This document shows, piece by piece, positions 12,850-24,900 of a stretch of 64,000 nt of DNA. Within the stretch, counting starts at the first letter, position 1, and each line of letters opens with the position of its first letter. Source of the stretch: Octopus vulgaris (lineage: Eukaryota); NCBI GenBank assembly GCA_951406725.2, contig OX597830.1, forward strand, positions 47,430,001 to 47,494,000, written 5' to 3'. The notes beneath the pieces are model-generated. The model was not told where the DNA came from. It was given only the letters and a program-made list of their open reading frames with translations, and searched no databases. The position numbers were made by a program, and so were the translations under genes.

Positions 12850-13845
12850 TATCTGTCTCTCCCTCTCTTTGCCAATATATCTATCTGTCTATCCCTCTCT
12901 TTGCCAATACATCTATCTGTCTATCCCTCTCTTTGCCAATATATCTATCTGTCTATCCCTCTCTTTGCCAATATATCTATCTGTCTATCCCTCTCTTTGC
13001 CAATATATCTATCTGTCTATCCCTCTCTTTGCCAATATATCTATCTGTCTATCCCCTTCTTTGCCAATATATCTATCTGTCTATCCCTCTCTTTGCCAAT
13101 ATATCTGTATATCCCTCTTTTTGCCAATATATCTATCTATCTGTCTATCCCTCTCTTTGCCAATATATCTATCTGTCTATCCCCTTCTTTGCCAATATAT
13201 CTATCTATCTATCCCTCTCTTTGCCAATATATCTATCTGTCTATCCCCTTCTTTGCCAATACATCTATCTGTCTATCCCTTTCTTTGCCAATATATCTAT
13301 CTGTGTATCCCTCTCTTTGCCAATATATCTATCTGTCTATCCCTCTCTTTGCCAATACATCTATCTGTCTATCCCTTTCTTTGCCAATATATCTATCTGT
13401 GTATCCCTCTCTTTGCCAATATATCTATCTATCTATCCCTCTCTTTGCCAATATATCTATCTGTCTATCCCTCTCTTTGCCAATACATCTATCTGTCTAT
13501 CCCTTTCTTTGCCAATATATCTATCTGTGTATCCCTCTCTTTGCCAATATATCTATCTGTCTATCCCTTTCTTTGCCAATATATCTATCTGTCTATCCCT
13601 CTCTTTACCAATATATCTATCTGTCTATCCCTCTCTTTGCCAATATATCTATATCTGTCTATCCCTCTCTTTGCCAATATATCTATCTGTCTATCCCTCT
13701 CTTTACCAATATATCTATCTATCTGTCTCTCCCTCTCTTTGCCAATATATCTATCTATCTGTCTATCCCTCTCTTTGCCACTATATCTATCTATCTGTCT
13801 CTCCCTCTCTTTACCAATATATCTATCTATCTGTCTATCCCTCTC
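12850..13845. repeat. 32-bp minisatellite, about 30 copies
   Basis: Unit TCTTTGCCAATATATCTATCTGTCTATCCCTC; gccaat recurs at 12871, 12903 and 12935. Some units have one more or one fewer CTAT tetramer. Confidence 0.95.
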
Positions 13846-14634
13846 AACTGATCTATCTCTCAATCTATAATTCTACACAACTTCCATTTCACAACACAAA
13901 CACAACAAAACAAAGCATTAAATGCATATCTGTAAAGCAAACCAAATTAATAAATAATATTCATTCTTACTTCATATTTTTTATTGCATTTACTTTTTGT
14001 TGTTCGTTATATTTATTACTGCTACATTTTGCTTTTTGTTGTCATTGCCATTAACATAAATAACTTATAAGGTTTTTAACCTTCCTTCTCAGATTATCAG
14101 TCGAGAACTGGAGAAGGTTTTTATGAAACACTCTGCAAACTACGTAAGTACATATTGCATGCGTCTACGTAGAAGCGTACTCCCGTTACACACATATATA
14201 CATAACCATCGTCATCAACATTTTAACATCCATTATTCCATTTAAACATAAGGAGGAGAATCTGTCATGGTCGGGTTCATCTTGCACCGCCAGAAACTGA
14301 AGAAAACAAGTAGCTTTGATGTTGTGCACATCTTACAGTGAGACGAAGGCTATTTTACTGAACAACACACACAAGAGGGGCTGTTTGAGAAACAATGTGT
14401 TGTAAACAGACCCTGCTATTTCTCTATTTGTTCATATGAAGAGTTACACACAAAAACACACACACACTTATGTATATAAATATACATTCTGATCAGATTA
14501 CACATTGGTGGTTGAAATGCACTTCACCTTGCTCATTCACTTCAACCCAAACATAGAAACCATAGCAAAGCAGATACTGGAGCTTGGTGCAGGCCTGTGG
14601 CTTGTCAGTTCATACTGAACCACACAACACACAC

Positions 14635-14676
<42 letters not shown>

Positions 14677-14677
14677 T

Positions 14678-15045
14678 GGAGGCGCAATGGCCTAGTGGTT
14701 AGGGCAGCGGACTCGCAGTCGTAGGATCGCGGTTTCGATTCCTAGACTGGGCGTTGTGAGTGTTTATTGAGCAAAAACACCTAAAAGCTCCACGAGGCTC
14801 CGGCAGGGGGTGGTGATCCCTGCTGTACTCTTTCACCACAACATAAGTGTGTGTTTTTGTGTGTAACTCTTCATATGAACAAATACAGAAATAGCAGGGT
14901 CTGTTTACAACACTTTGTCTCTCTGTTGGCCTGCTCGCTTAGCCAGCGGGGTGGCGTCATTTGAAGGCTAAAACAATGCGAACGCATTGTGACCAGTGAT
15001 GTGTAACTACATCTGATAGCCTGGTCGGTCACGGTGATCACGGTG
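14678..15045 (+). mobile_element. SINE family C, interrupted by an inverted copy of nearby DNA
   Basis: ggaggcgcaatggcctagtggttagggcagcggactcgc...ggtttcgattcc head (A and B boxes), same family as 26366. Confidence 0.8.
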
Positions 15046-15374
15046 ATATGTATATGCACTAGCACTATGACCTGGCGTTGCTGGGTCGTAGTGCTAGTGC
15101 ATGCATATACACACGAGTACTGTCCAAATCTCCGACCAATCACATACAGCTAGCTGGCATTCAATTGGTGTATCAAGTTTCGGGCATTTTGATTGGGTTT
15201 TGGATAGAAAGTTCACAAAAGAAAGTCACTTCTATTGATTTTTTAATGGCTTTTGTTGTCTTACCATTTCAATCAATCAATATATATATATTTATCAATG
15301 GTTGTTTTTTATGTTCAGTTATAATAAAAACAATTTTACATTATTGCTTTTGAAGATTACAAATTCATTATTGT

Positions 15375-15602
15375 TGACCCTTCAGCTTTAATATAGCCAC
15401 ATCCAGCCACAAAATATTTTGCATGTTTTATGTTCAAACTGGTCAGCTTTTGCCTCTCACACCAACCCTACAATATCATTCTAAAACTCAACAGTTACGA
15501 CATCAAAATCTCAAAGCTATGAAATAATCCATGATTAATTCAAAACAATGGGAATAAATAAGGATTACATTCGAGAGAATAATGTGAATGCCAAATGGTT
15601 AA
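15375..15602. mobile_element. piggyBac-like MITE relic
   Basis: Related to 8181-8365; ends gaatgccaaatggTTAA. Confidence 0.45.
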
Positions 15603-15828
15603 ACAAGAGTATTGTATGATGTGACTTTGAAGTTCTGGCCAGTTAAGCCATTGTTGGATTGTGAAGAAGTCACTGTCTAGAATGCTCTTGTTTAAGAATA
15701 ATGTGTTTTTGTGATGCGTGTTTGTGCGTGTGTGCATTTGTGCATTTGTGCGTGTGTGCATGTATATGTGCATGTGTTTGTGCATGTTTGTGTGTGCGTG
15801 TTTGTGTGTGTCTGTTTGTGCGGGCTTG

Positions 15829-15867
<39 letters not shown>

Positions 15868-16605
15868 ACACAGGTGCAGGCAACTGGTGTTGGTTTGTTT
15901 ATGGCACTGTAACTTTCTAACTCAGCAGAAACCAAGAGAGTAAGCACCAGACTTTAAAAAAAAAAAAAAAAGCACAAGTATTGGGGGTCGATTTGTTTTA
16001 CAAGAATCCTTAAAAGCAGTGCTCCAGCCTGGCCACAGACCAATGACTAAGATAAGCAAAAGAGAAAACACACGAATATACAAATAATATGAGAGAGTGA
16101 GGGGGGAGAGAGAAAGGGAGAGAGAATGATTAGTCAAATGAACAAAAGAAAACAAAAAGCAGTGAACAGACAGAAGCTACCATGGGAACTATTTAGCTTA
16201 GCAAACTGACTCACACACACACACACACACACGCACACACACACACACATACACACAGCATCATCATTAGTCGTGATAATGTAATTGATGATGAAATCTA
16301 AAAAGTCCCGAACACTCCCATTATATTTCCTCAGGTGATAATTATTATGTCATTCAGGAAACTCTCTCTCACACACACACACACACACTACATACATACA
16401 TACATACATACATACATACATACATACATACATACATACATACATACATACATACATACGACGCACACGTTCATGCATTTACATGTATTCATGTGTTATT
16501 GCATTCACGCATAAGCCTCCCAGCAGATATACGTAAACACAATCATTCATAAACAGGGACATACATTTATTTAAACAGACACATTCAGGCATGCAGGGGC
16601 ACTCA

Positions 16606-16641
<36 letters not shown>

Positions 16642-17067
16642 TGTCAAACAGCCGTGTGGACATACACATTAACACTCATACACAATTCCATACATCTGCG
16701 TGTACATACAATCTTACACACACACACACACCAACAAAAATGCAACAACAGCCATGGGCGAGAGGTCTCCATGCCCAACTTATTCCTTAAATTGCACCCC
16801 ACTCCAACCCAACAAATGGGGGTGGGGGACACATGGAAGGAGACAAATGTGACCGGGAGGGGTGTTTGTTTGTTTAGTGCTATTTAAACAAGGAGTGTAT
16901 GAGGGGGCAGGTAAGAAACCTGCTTCGATACTATGTGCTCTCAGGTTCAATCCCACTGTACAACACCTCAGTTGCCTGTTTCTTCTTTAGCCTTGGGTTG
17001 ACCGACCTGCTGGACAGAGACTCTGAAGACTCCTACTGTGTATATGTGTGTGTGTGTGTATGTGTGT

Positions 17068-17375
17068 GGAGGCACATGGCCTAGTGGTTAGAGCAGTGGA
17101 CTCGCAACCAAGGGATCGTGTGTTCAAATCTCAGACTGGGCCACATTTGTGTTCAAGAGCGAAACACTTAAGCTCCACGCGGCTCCAACAGAAGGTAAAG
17201 GCAAACTTCTGCTGACTCTTTCACCACAACTTTCTCTCGCTCTTATTTCCTGCATCTAGCAGCTCACCTTTGACAGACCGGCATCCCATCAAGGTAGGGA
17301 ACCTATACGCCAATGAAACCGGGGAAACCAGCCCTTATGAGCCAGGCATGGCTTGAGAAGGAACAAACAACAACA
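17068..17375 (+). mobile_element. SINE family C variant
   Basis: ggaggcacatggcctagtggttagagcagtggactcgc head. 3' part ggggaaccagcccttatgagcc resembles 58830-58860. Confidence 0.7.
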
Positions 17376-17379
17376 TATG

Positions 17380-17414
<35 letters not shown>

Positions 17415-17599
17415 AAACCAAAAAAAATAACAAAGAACAAACACAAAAAAGTGAGGATGTGTACATGTAAAGTATTAGCAGATGCTCAGAAAGAAAAAAA
17501 GTGGTTTTACATTTTGAGCAAAGCTCGTGTATGTGTGTGTGTGTTTGTGCTTGTGCATGTTTGTGTTTGCGTGTTTGTGTGTGTCTGTTTGTGCAGGCT

Positions 17600-18460
17600 T
17601 GTTTGTGTGTGTGTGTGTGTGTCAGTATGTGTGTGTCTTAGTGACTTTGTCCCCCAGCCCCACCACTTGACAACTGGTGTTGGTTTGCTTACATCCCCAT
17701 AACTTATGTGGTTCTGCAAAAGAGATTGCCAGAATAAGTACCAGGCTTTCAAAAAACAGTCCTGGAATCAATTCACTCAACTCAAAACCCTACAAGACAC
17801 TGCCCCAGCATGGCCAGAGTCTAATGACTGAAACAAGTAAAACATTCTAAATTACAGGAAATTATAAAAGTCATTAAATAATGAAACCCTAATTGAACCA
17901 TTCCTTCGTTCATTATCGACTTTTCCCTCCTCCCATTTTCTGCTCCAACCTTATTCATCCCATCATCACTCCATTTCCGGTTTTATTTTTGTCTTTTTAT
18001 TCTGGCATTGGGCTGGACACACATCATGGCAGCAACATTCTATGGGAGGGTGCCTTCCGTTTTACCAATCCTTTCTTATATCTTTTTCTGTTTCAGCTAC
18101 TGGACTGAGGCCATGCTGGGGCACCACATTGAAGGGTTGGAGTTTTTTTAGCTAAACAAATCAACCCCTATATTTATGCTTTATATATATTTTTTTTTCA
18201 AGTTTGGTACGTATACTATCAGCCCCTTTTACCAAAGCACTAAGTCGATGGGGACATAAATGAACCAACCCTGGCCGTCAAGCCGTGTCACAAATAATGG
18301 GCACACATAATGGCTTTCCACAGTTTTCATCAACCAAATTCATACGCAAGGCATTGGTTGGTCCAGGGCTATAGAAGACACTTGCCCAAAGTGCCACACA
18401 GCGGGACTGAACCTGAAACCACGTGGTCGGGAAGCAAGCTTCTTACCCACACAGCCAGAT
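17600..18460. mobile_element. SINE family A copies (+ 3' part ~17640-17842; - copy ~18085-18455)
   Basis: gaataagtaccagg...cagcatggcc...atgactgaaacaagtaa on +, and its reverse complement plus head on -. Confidence 0.65.
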
Positions 18461-19399
18461 CTGTTGGTCTTCTTACGAAACTGAGGTAACTGCCAAGCCA
18501 CAGCAGCAGAGGCAGAGGTGGTCACTACGTGTTTCTACAGCTGAATGTCCTTCCTAATGCCAACCACTTTAAGTGGGGTACTGGGTGCCTTCTGTGGGCC
18601 TAATAGTGAAGGGCCTAAGGAGACTAGGAGAGGGGGGGAGAGGGAGATCATTTTTAGGGAAGATGATGAGAGAGGGTGAAATAGGATATAAGGGTGGTAG
18701 TGGGCAGGGTAAAAGAGTACACATTATGAGGGGGAGGAACTTAGTGAGAAAAGGAAGGACTGAGTGGGAAGGGTGATGAAGTGAGTTGTTGGGTAGGGGT
18801 GGTTGTTGTCCCACGTTATAAGGGTGAGCATGGGCAGAAAATGAAAGAGAAAATAAGGCTGATGATGATGATGAAGAGATAGTCACTGAAGGAATGAGGA
18901 GGTGGGCGGGTGGGTGGTTGTTGGTGGGAGGAAGAAATAAGGGGAATGAGAGGAGGAAGTATTGAATGGCAGAGGATGAGCATGAGTAGGGGTGAAGTGA
19001 GAGATTTGAATGATAGGGGGACGAATAAAATGAATGGGAAGAAGAGGATGGGCACAGGTAATATGAAAAGGATGGGCACAGGTGGTACGGAGGGGGTGGG
19101 CCAATATAGTGTTTCATGCTTAGACATAGTGAAAGTTGGGGTAAGGAAGTGATGGAAGGGGGGGAGTTATGCAAGGGTGGGGGCAGTGGTGGAGACGGAA
19201 TTCATAGATGGGGGTGAGGAGGTAAGAGATGGAGAGGTGTGACAAAGTGAAGAATGAAAGAGTGGGTGGAACAAGGAAGATCAACAGGTAGATAAAGTGG
19301 GGGGGGTAGGCAAATATAGGCTTGGCGAAAGAGAGAAAGAGAGAGGGAGATACACACACACACAGATAATACACAGACACACATACTCACAGAGCTTTG

Positions 19400-19687
19400 C
19401 TTACCCATCGTGGCCGATGCCAGTGCCACCTTGACTGGCTTCTGTGACAGTGGCACGTAAAAAGCACCAACCGATCGTGGTCGTTGTGACCCCTGTGCCA
19501 GCGACTTGTAAAAAAAAGCACCCACTACACTCTCGGAGTAGTTGATGTTAGGAAGGGCATCCAGCTGTAGAAACACTGCCAGATCAGACTGGAGCCTGGT
19601 GCAGCCTCCTGGCTTCCCAGACCCCAGTCGAACCATCCAACCCATGCCAGCATGGAAAACGGACGTTAAATGATGATGATGATGATA
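19400..19687 (+). mobile_element. SINE family B
   Basis: aaagcacccactacactctcggagt...ggaagggcatccagctgtagaaacactgccagatcagactgg...ggacgttaaatgatgatgat. Confidence 0.8.
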
Positions 19688-20158
19688 CCAATGCAGACCA
19701 AGTTCCACACAATTAGCCACAGTCAAAGAAATGGTCTGATGAAATGGATATAAACCGTAATTCTTCAACCTTGTCAGGTGCCACCCTATAAGTCTTAGAC
19801 AGTTGTAAGTCTCAGGTTGCAGTTCCAGACCAATAATATTTGGTGCTAAGGCTGACAGGAGGTTGACACAAAGTGAAGTCCTAAATGTCTACAACCACAA
19901 TGAACCCTACAAAAAACACTCTCCATCTCTATTCTGTTCTTGGAAACTGGTTCCAAAGTGAAACACTGATCGACCATTCTTTAAAGAGAACTACTTTGAT
20001 ATTATTTCAACTCTTTTCTTTTTCAGATGCCTGGTGCTCATAAACTTATCATTACAATCCCAAAACAAAAGACCTTTTTCATTTTTTCCAATTCTATATT
20101 TGAGAGATGAGGAATTATTTACATTTGACAGATATTTCTCCTCATCTTGTTTGTTGTT

Positions 20159-20204
20159 AACCCAACGTTTCGGCTGATATACCCTCCAGCCTTCATCAGG
20201 TGTC
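20159..20204 (-). ncRNA. Minimal type-I hammerhead ribozyme motif (left arm)
   Basis: Reverse complement gacac-CTGATGA-a-ggctg...cagcc-GAAA-cg-TT-gggtt; one mismatch in stem I. Confidence 0.65.
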
Positions 20205-20440
20205 TTGGGGAAATTTCAAACCTGGGTTCTCATTCCTAAGGTATTTTTTGATATCATCATTATTATTCAAGTCACTGCCTGGAATCTTGGGATTAGTAGC
20301 CCGCGCTCTTAAGAGTGCGGGCTACTAACCCCAAGATTCCAAGTTCAATTCCAGGCAGTGACCTGAATAATAATAATAATAACAACAACAACATTGAAAA
20401 ATACCTTAGGAATGAGAACCCAGGTTCGAAATTTCCCTAA

Positions 20441-20486
20441 GACGCCTGATGAAGGCTGGAGGGTATATCAGCCGAAACGTTGTGTT
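20441..20486 (+). ncRNA. Minimal type-I hammerhead ribozyme motif
   Basis: gacgc-CTGATGA-a-ggctg(gagggtatat)cagcc-GAAA-cg-TT-gtgtt: conserved core, 5-bp stem II, palindromic AACGTT stem III, stem I gacgc/gtgtt. Confidence 0.7.
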
Positions 20487-21129
20487 AACAACAAACAAGA
20501 TGAGGACAAATATCCGTCAAATGTAAATAATGTATTTCATTTCTTATTTATATTTATTCATTTTTTTTCTTCTTCAAACTGAAGAAAAAAAAAAAAAAAT
20601 GGAATTTGAATCAACAAAAAACATCAACAGAAACAACAGCAAAGGAAAAAAAAAAAAGTGTCACCAACATCTGGGTAATAATTATTAGGTTATGAGTGAT
20701 AGTAGAAAGAACACCGAGGGAGGAGGGGGGAGGGGTAGAATACATTCCTGTATGATTAGCAATGTCAAAACAAATAAATGACAAATAAAATATGAGAGAG
20801 AGAGAGAGAGGTAAAGGAGAAGAAACTGAGAAACAAAAAAAAAAAAAAGAAAGAGGAATGAGTGTGCAGTGTAGTCCAGATTTTTTAACTTCTAACCAAA
20901 CTAAATATATGGGGGAGTGTATATGTATGTATATACATGTGTATGTGTGTGTGTGTATACATGTGTGTGGGAGCAAGTAGATAGCTATATACATATGAGA
21001 TATAGACAGATATTAATAATCTGTTACTACACAGATTTGGTGTGGTACCCAGTTCAGTTATGCTTCTTAACAAACCCCAACTCATAGTCTACGATGACGA
21101 GTATTCTGCACATTCTTCAGACCAGTTCT

Positions 21130-23290
21130 TTTCTACTCATCATATCTGTTCTTACTCTGTCTTTCCAGATAATTCTTCCTGAACCTGGCAGACATGTTTT
21201 CTGAACTGCATCCTAGTTTAAGATCAAGTTTTCCCATGGTCTGCTATCAAATTCTTGTCACTGTTCCCAAGACCCAAATGATAATTAGCAGGACCAGGGG
21301 CTTAGTTAATTCCTTGGTTCCTGGCTTTGAAAATTAATATTAATGCACTACTTTTTTATTTCTCCTTTTTCTACCTCTGGAGATATGCTGTGACTGAAAA
21401 GACCCGGCAAATGAAGTGAGTTCACAGCTGTAACCCACACCAGTGTCGCATAACCAGCCCACTCAAAAGTTCCTTGGATCATAGGGTGACATGCTGTGCT
21501 TGAGGAGACCTACTGAGTGAAGTACATCAACATGAAATGAAATCAAAATCAAATGGAAATTGTAGTTGTGATCCCCATGCCAGTGGCACGTAAAAAGCAC
21601 CACCCAAACATGATCGATGCCAGCCCCCTCTGCCCCAGTGGTATGTAAAAAAAACACCCACTACATTCTCGGAATGGTTGGCATTAGGAAGAGCATCCAG
21701 CTGTAGAAACACTGCCAGATCAGAATGGAGCCTGGTGCAGCCTCCTGGCTTCCCAGTCGAACCATCCAACCCATGCCAGCATGGAAAACAGATGTTAAAC
21801 GATGATGATGATGATAATAACAAATAGGCAAGCCACATTGACTACAACACAAACTTTCTTTTTCATATCAGCAATTACAACATCTGACCTTTTTTTTATT
21901 TGTTGTTCTTTCAGTTCGAAGAGGAGGAAGCCCTCAACAACCTAATTACTTTTGAGGGATTTTACTTCTCCTCCCACAAAATGTCAAGGGCTCTTTTCTG
22001 TGAATGCAGAACCAAATTATTTCTCGCAAAAATTCCAGTGAGTTACTACAACAATTTTATCATTCTGAGCTGTGGACATTTTGATACAATGTGAGTTATA
22101 GTTCCATATAAAACATTATCATCATCATCATCACATATTCTACATTTGGTTAAACAACTCTGCGGGTTTAATGTCCTCTTGATCCAATTGACCCCTGGGA
22201 CCAATACCTGTGCTGCCAAAATCATTCCTTTTTTTTTTAACCAAAGCCAGCTCCCTTTGTATTTCCTTAACTCTTATCTCATCATAAAAATATCTTCCCC
22301 CTTTTTCGAGGTTCAACCAATTCCTTCATTTCTTTCTCCTGAACAACAGATTCTTCTTTTCCTTCGACACAAAAACCCAGATTTACTTCCTCCAGTTCTA
22401 CAACCTCATCAACACTCCTCCTTCCTTCTCCTGTTCTTTTGCAATATGGCCTGCAAAATCAGGGTAACTGTGGTCTGTCTAAGAAACAAGCCCTTGTGAA
22501 GTTGGGTGTCTGCTGCTGCCACTGCCGCAGGCGACGCTAGGCATTCTCCCTGGCAATGTCTTTGCAATCGTATCCCAAGCTGTGGCTAAAAATGTCATTT
22601 GTTTGGGGGTTTAAACCCCATTACTCCTCAATCCCACCTTCTGCTGCTTAATAATCCCCCACACATACACTGCCCCATTTTTTTCCCTTTGTTTCCTTGG
22701 TGAGGTTTTTTTTTTAAGGGAGGGATATCTTGATATTTTGATCTTTTATACTTTTAATACTCGTTTTTCTTTCTTTTCTTCCTGGTTGATAAAAAAAAAT
22801 GTTATTGGTCTACATCGGAATGAAGATGCATGTTTCTACACATTGTCAGCAGCTTCCTAGTCCTGCTCTTCATATCCTCCAGCTCATCTTTCTTTCATCC
22901 AGTTCCTCTTCCCTTTTTTATTAATGATACTGCCCCCAAACTGATTCTAGTTGGGTTTCAAAAGCCTCTTCATTCTGTAAAATTACTGAAGGTTTCTTTC
23001 AATTCTATAATTTTGATTTTGTCACTTGTTCCAGAGATTTATAAGTTTCCTGTCCATCTAATGGTTTTATAGTCTTGTCATTGGGTAAACCTATTCTAGA
23101 ACCTTTTGAAGATTTTTTTCCTGCCACATCTCTATCACAGCATATTTCTCAATTCCAGAAGTCAGTCCTAATGTTGCACTAAAGAATCCAGTTCATTCCT
23201 GTTTTTGCTAGAAAGCTTTAAATCATCCACAAATAGTTGGCAGACTTTTTCTGTTCCTTCCAAATGAGTACCCTTAAGGGTTCTCTTAAC
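21130..23290 (-). mobile_element. Heavily decayed R4/Dong-type (REL-endonuclease) LINE, interrupted by a family B SINE at ~21385-21815
   Basis: Collinear minus-strand motifs LFVDDLKL..ELDSLVQ (~23230), RTRKLLTM..SDVD (~22830), SWLWLK..GMILAAQ (~22220), TITHIVSKCP (~22085), LGTVTR..VQKTCLPGSGRII (~21170-21270). Confidence 0.7.
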
Positions 23291-24299
23291 CCAATGTTGT
23301 GTCCACTCACCAAACATTTTACAGAACCTCCTGAGTATTCTTTACTATTACACTTGTAAGACTCCTTTGTGTTTTTCAAGGCTGATTAGGGTGCCTTGTG
23401 CCTTGCAAGACTAAAGAATGGTCCTCACTACTCAAAACTGTCTATTCAAGCAGGGCAACATTACCAAGAAGGTGAACAGAAGAGAATGGGAGAAAGAAGA
23501 TAATTTGTGCAAGAGGAGAGTACAAAGTGGAAGTAATGAAAAAGATAGTAGTAGAAGGAGTAATGGAAGAGAGATAGTTATGGTAGGAAGAAATAAGGGG
23601 AAAGAGAAGCAGTCTTGCCAGTTTTATGATGACTGCTGAGAAGAGGGGGGGGGTCACTGTTGAGAGAGAGGAGGGGGAAGGAAAGAGTAAGAAATGTCAG
23701 TAATGAGTAACATGGTGGAGGAGAGGAAATGGTGGCTGGTAGGAGAGAAGGGTGACTATTACTGGAAAGATAGAGAGGATTGTCACAGGGACAGACTGGA
23801 AAATCATTCCACTTGCATTTCTGAGTGCTTTTTTGCCAAATTGTTATCCTCATGACACATTGAATTCCTCTTCTACACTACAGGTCCTCTCACAATCACA
23901 ATCTCTCTCATTTCTGCTTTATGGATGTTAATCAGCAGGAGCTATTCACCTCTGTACAGCTTTTGCACAACCTCTGCATCCATCAATGCCTATATTTTGC
24001 TACAATGCAACATCACAGAATCACTTGAAGAGAGAATCAATTGGTTGTTAATAGAGGGACCCCTACTTATTCCATCCCAATTTTACTCTCCTTCCAGATT
24101 ACCGACCCCTGTTGTTGTTGCTTGTTCCTTCTTGAGCCATGCCTGGCTCATAAGGGCCACTTTCCCGGTTTCATTGGCATATAGATTCCCCACCTGGGCA
24201 GGATGCTGGTCCGTCGCAGGTGACCCCCCACTCCTCCCACACTGAACCGCTACTTTGCCATCCTCAGACTCTAATCATCCAACTCATCACACAACATTG

Positions 24300-24900
24300 A
24301 CAAACCTCTTACTTTCACTTTCTCTCTTGATGTTTTCCTTCTTTCCCAATTCTTCTACTCTTTCCAATCCTTTCTCTTAGCTTTTATGGCTCTATTGTAC
24401 CACTCCATCACCATTTCACTTTCATTTGGCAGGAAACTTGTTCCAACCCCAGATCTGTGACAGCAGGTTCTCTAACAGAAGCTCCCACTTGTTCCCTATA
24501 TAACAGATCTGTTTCCCCACCTAGAACTTCTTTGAATCTAAGAGTAGCAGCTTCCATATACATTGTCACAATCCTTTAATCACTATTTTTAGTTAGTTAC
24601 TACATTCTTCACTAGAGAAATACTTAGTATTCACAACCATATATGTATCATAGTTCCCGGAGAATATCAAGTTTACCTGGCCTTGTGTTCCTCCAATTTG
24701 TAGGTGATCAAATGGCAAGCCAGTTTCCTGAGGTTAGTGCTGCATATGGTTAAATCCTTTGCATCACAGAACTTCAGGAGCCTTCACTTTTCCTCATCCC
24801 ATATGCATAGCTTCTATCCACAAAAGAAGTAACCAACATCTTGTTGCCTCATATGTCCTTCAAAAATCACCAGCCATAATAACAACGCCATTGCCATTTG
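24300..24900 (-). mobile_element. Decayed RTE LINE, APE endonuclease region
   Basis: IMAGDF..GYAYG..RLLKFCDAKDLTICSTNLRK..HLITY resembles RTE APE motifs. Confidence 0.6.

Larger units (their letters stand above)
20091..20534. mobile_element. Palindromic (head-to-head) tRNA-head/hammerhead element, copy 1
   Basis: Two ~210-bp arms that are reverse complements, centred on ctcTTAAgag (20306-20315). Confidence 0.85.

Noticed and set aside
12809-14054. Three long overlapping ORFs (316-413 aa), or a possible CRISPR-like array
   Set aside because: A 32-bp tandem repeat that lacks stop codons on one strand; no unique spacers, no cas genes, eukaryotic context.
18569-19330. 201-aa Pro/Ser/Leu-rich ORF and G-rich tract (similar tracts at 23400-23800 and 25720-26030)
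   Set aside because: Purine-biased low-complexity DNA with no recognisable domain.
20394-20582. ORF MRTQVRNFPKTPDEGWRVYQPKRC, repeated at 41821-42129
   Set aside because: Translation of the non-coding hammerhead element, not a protein family.
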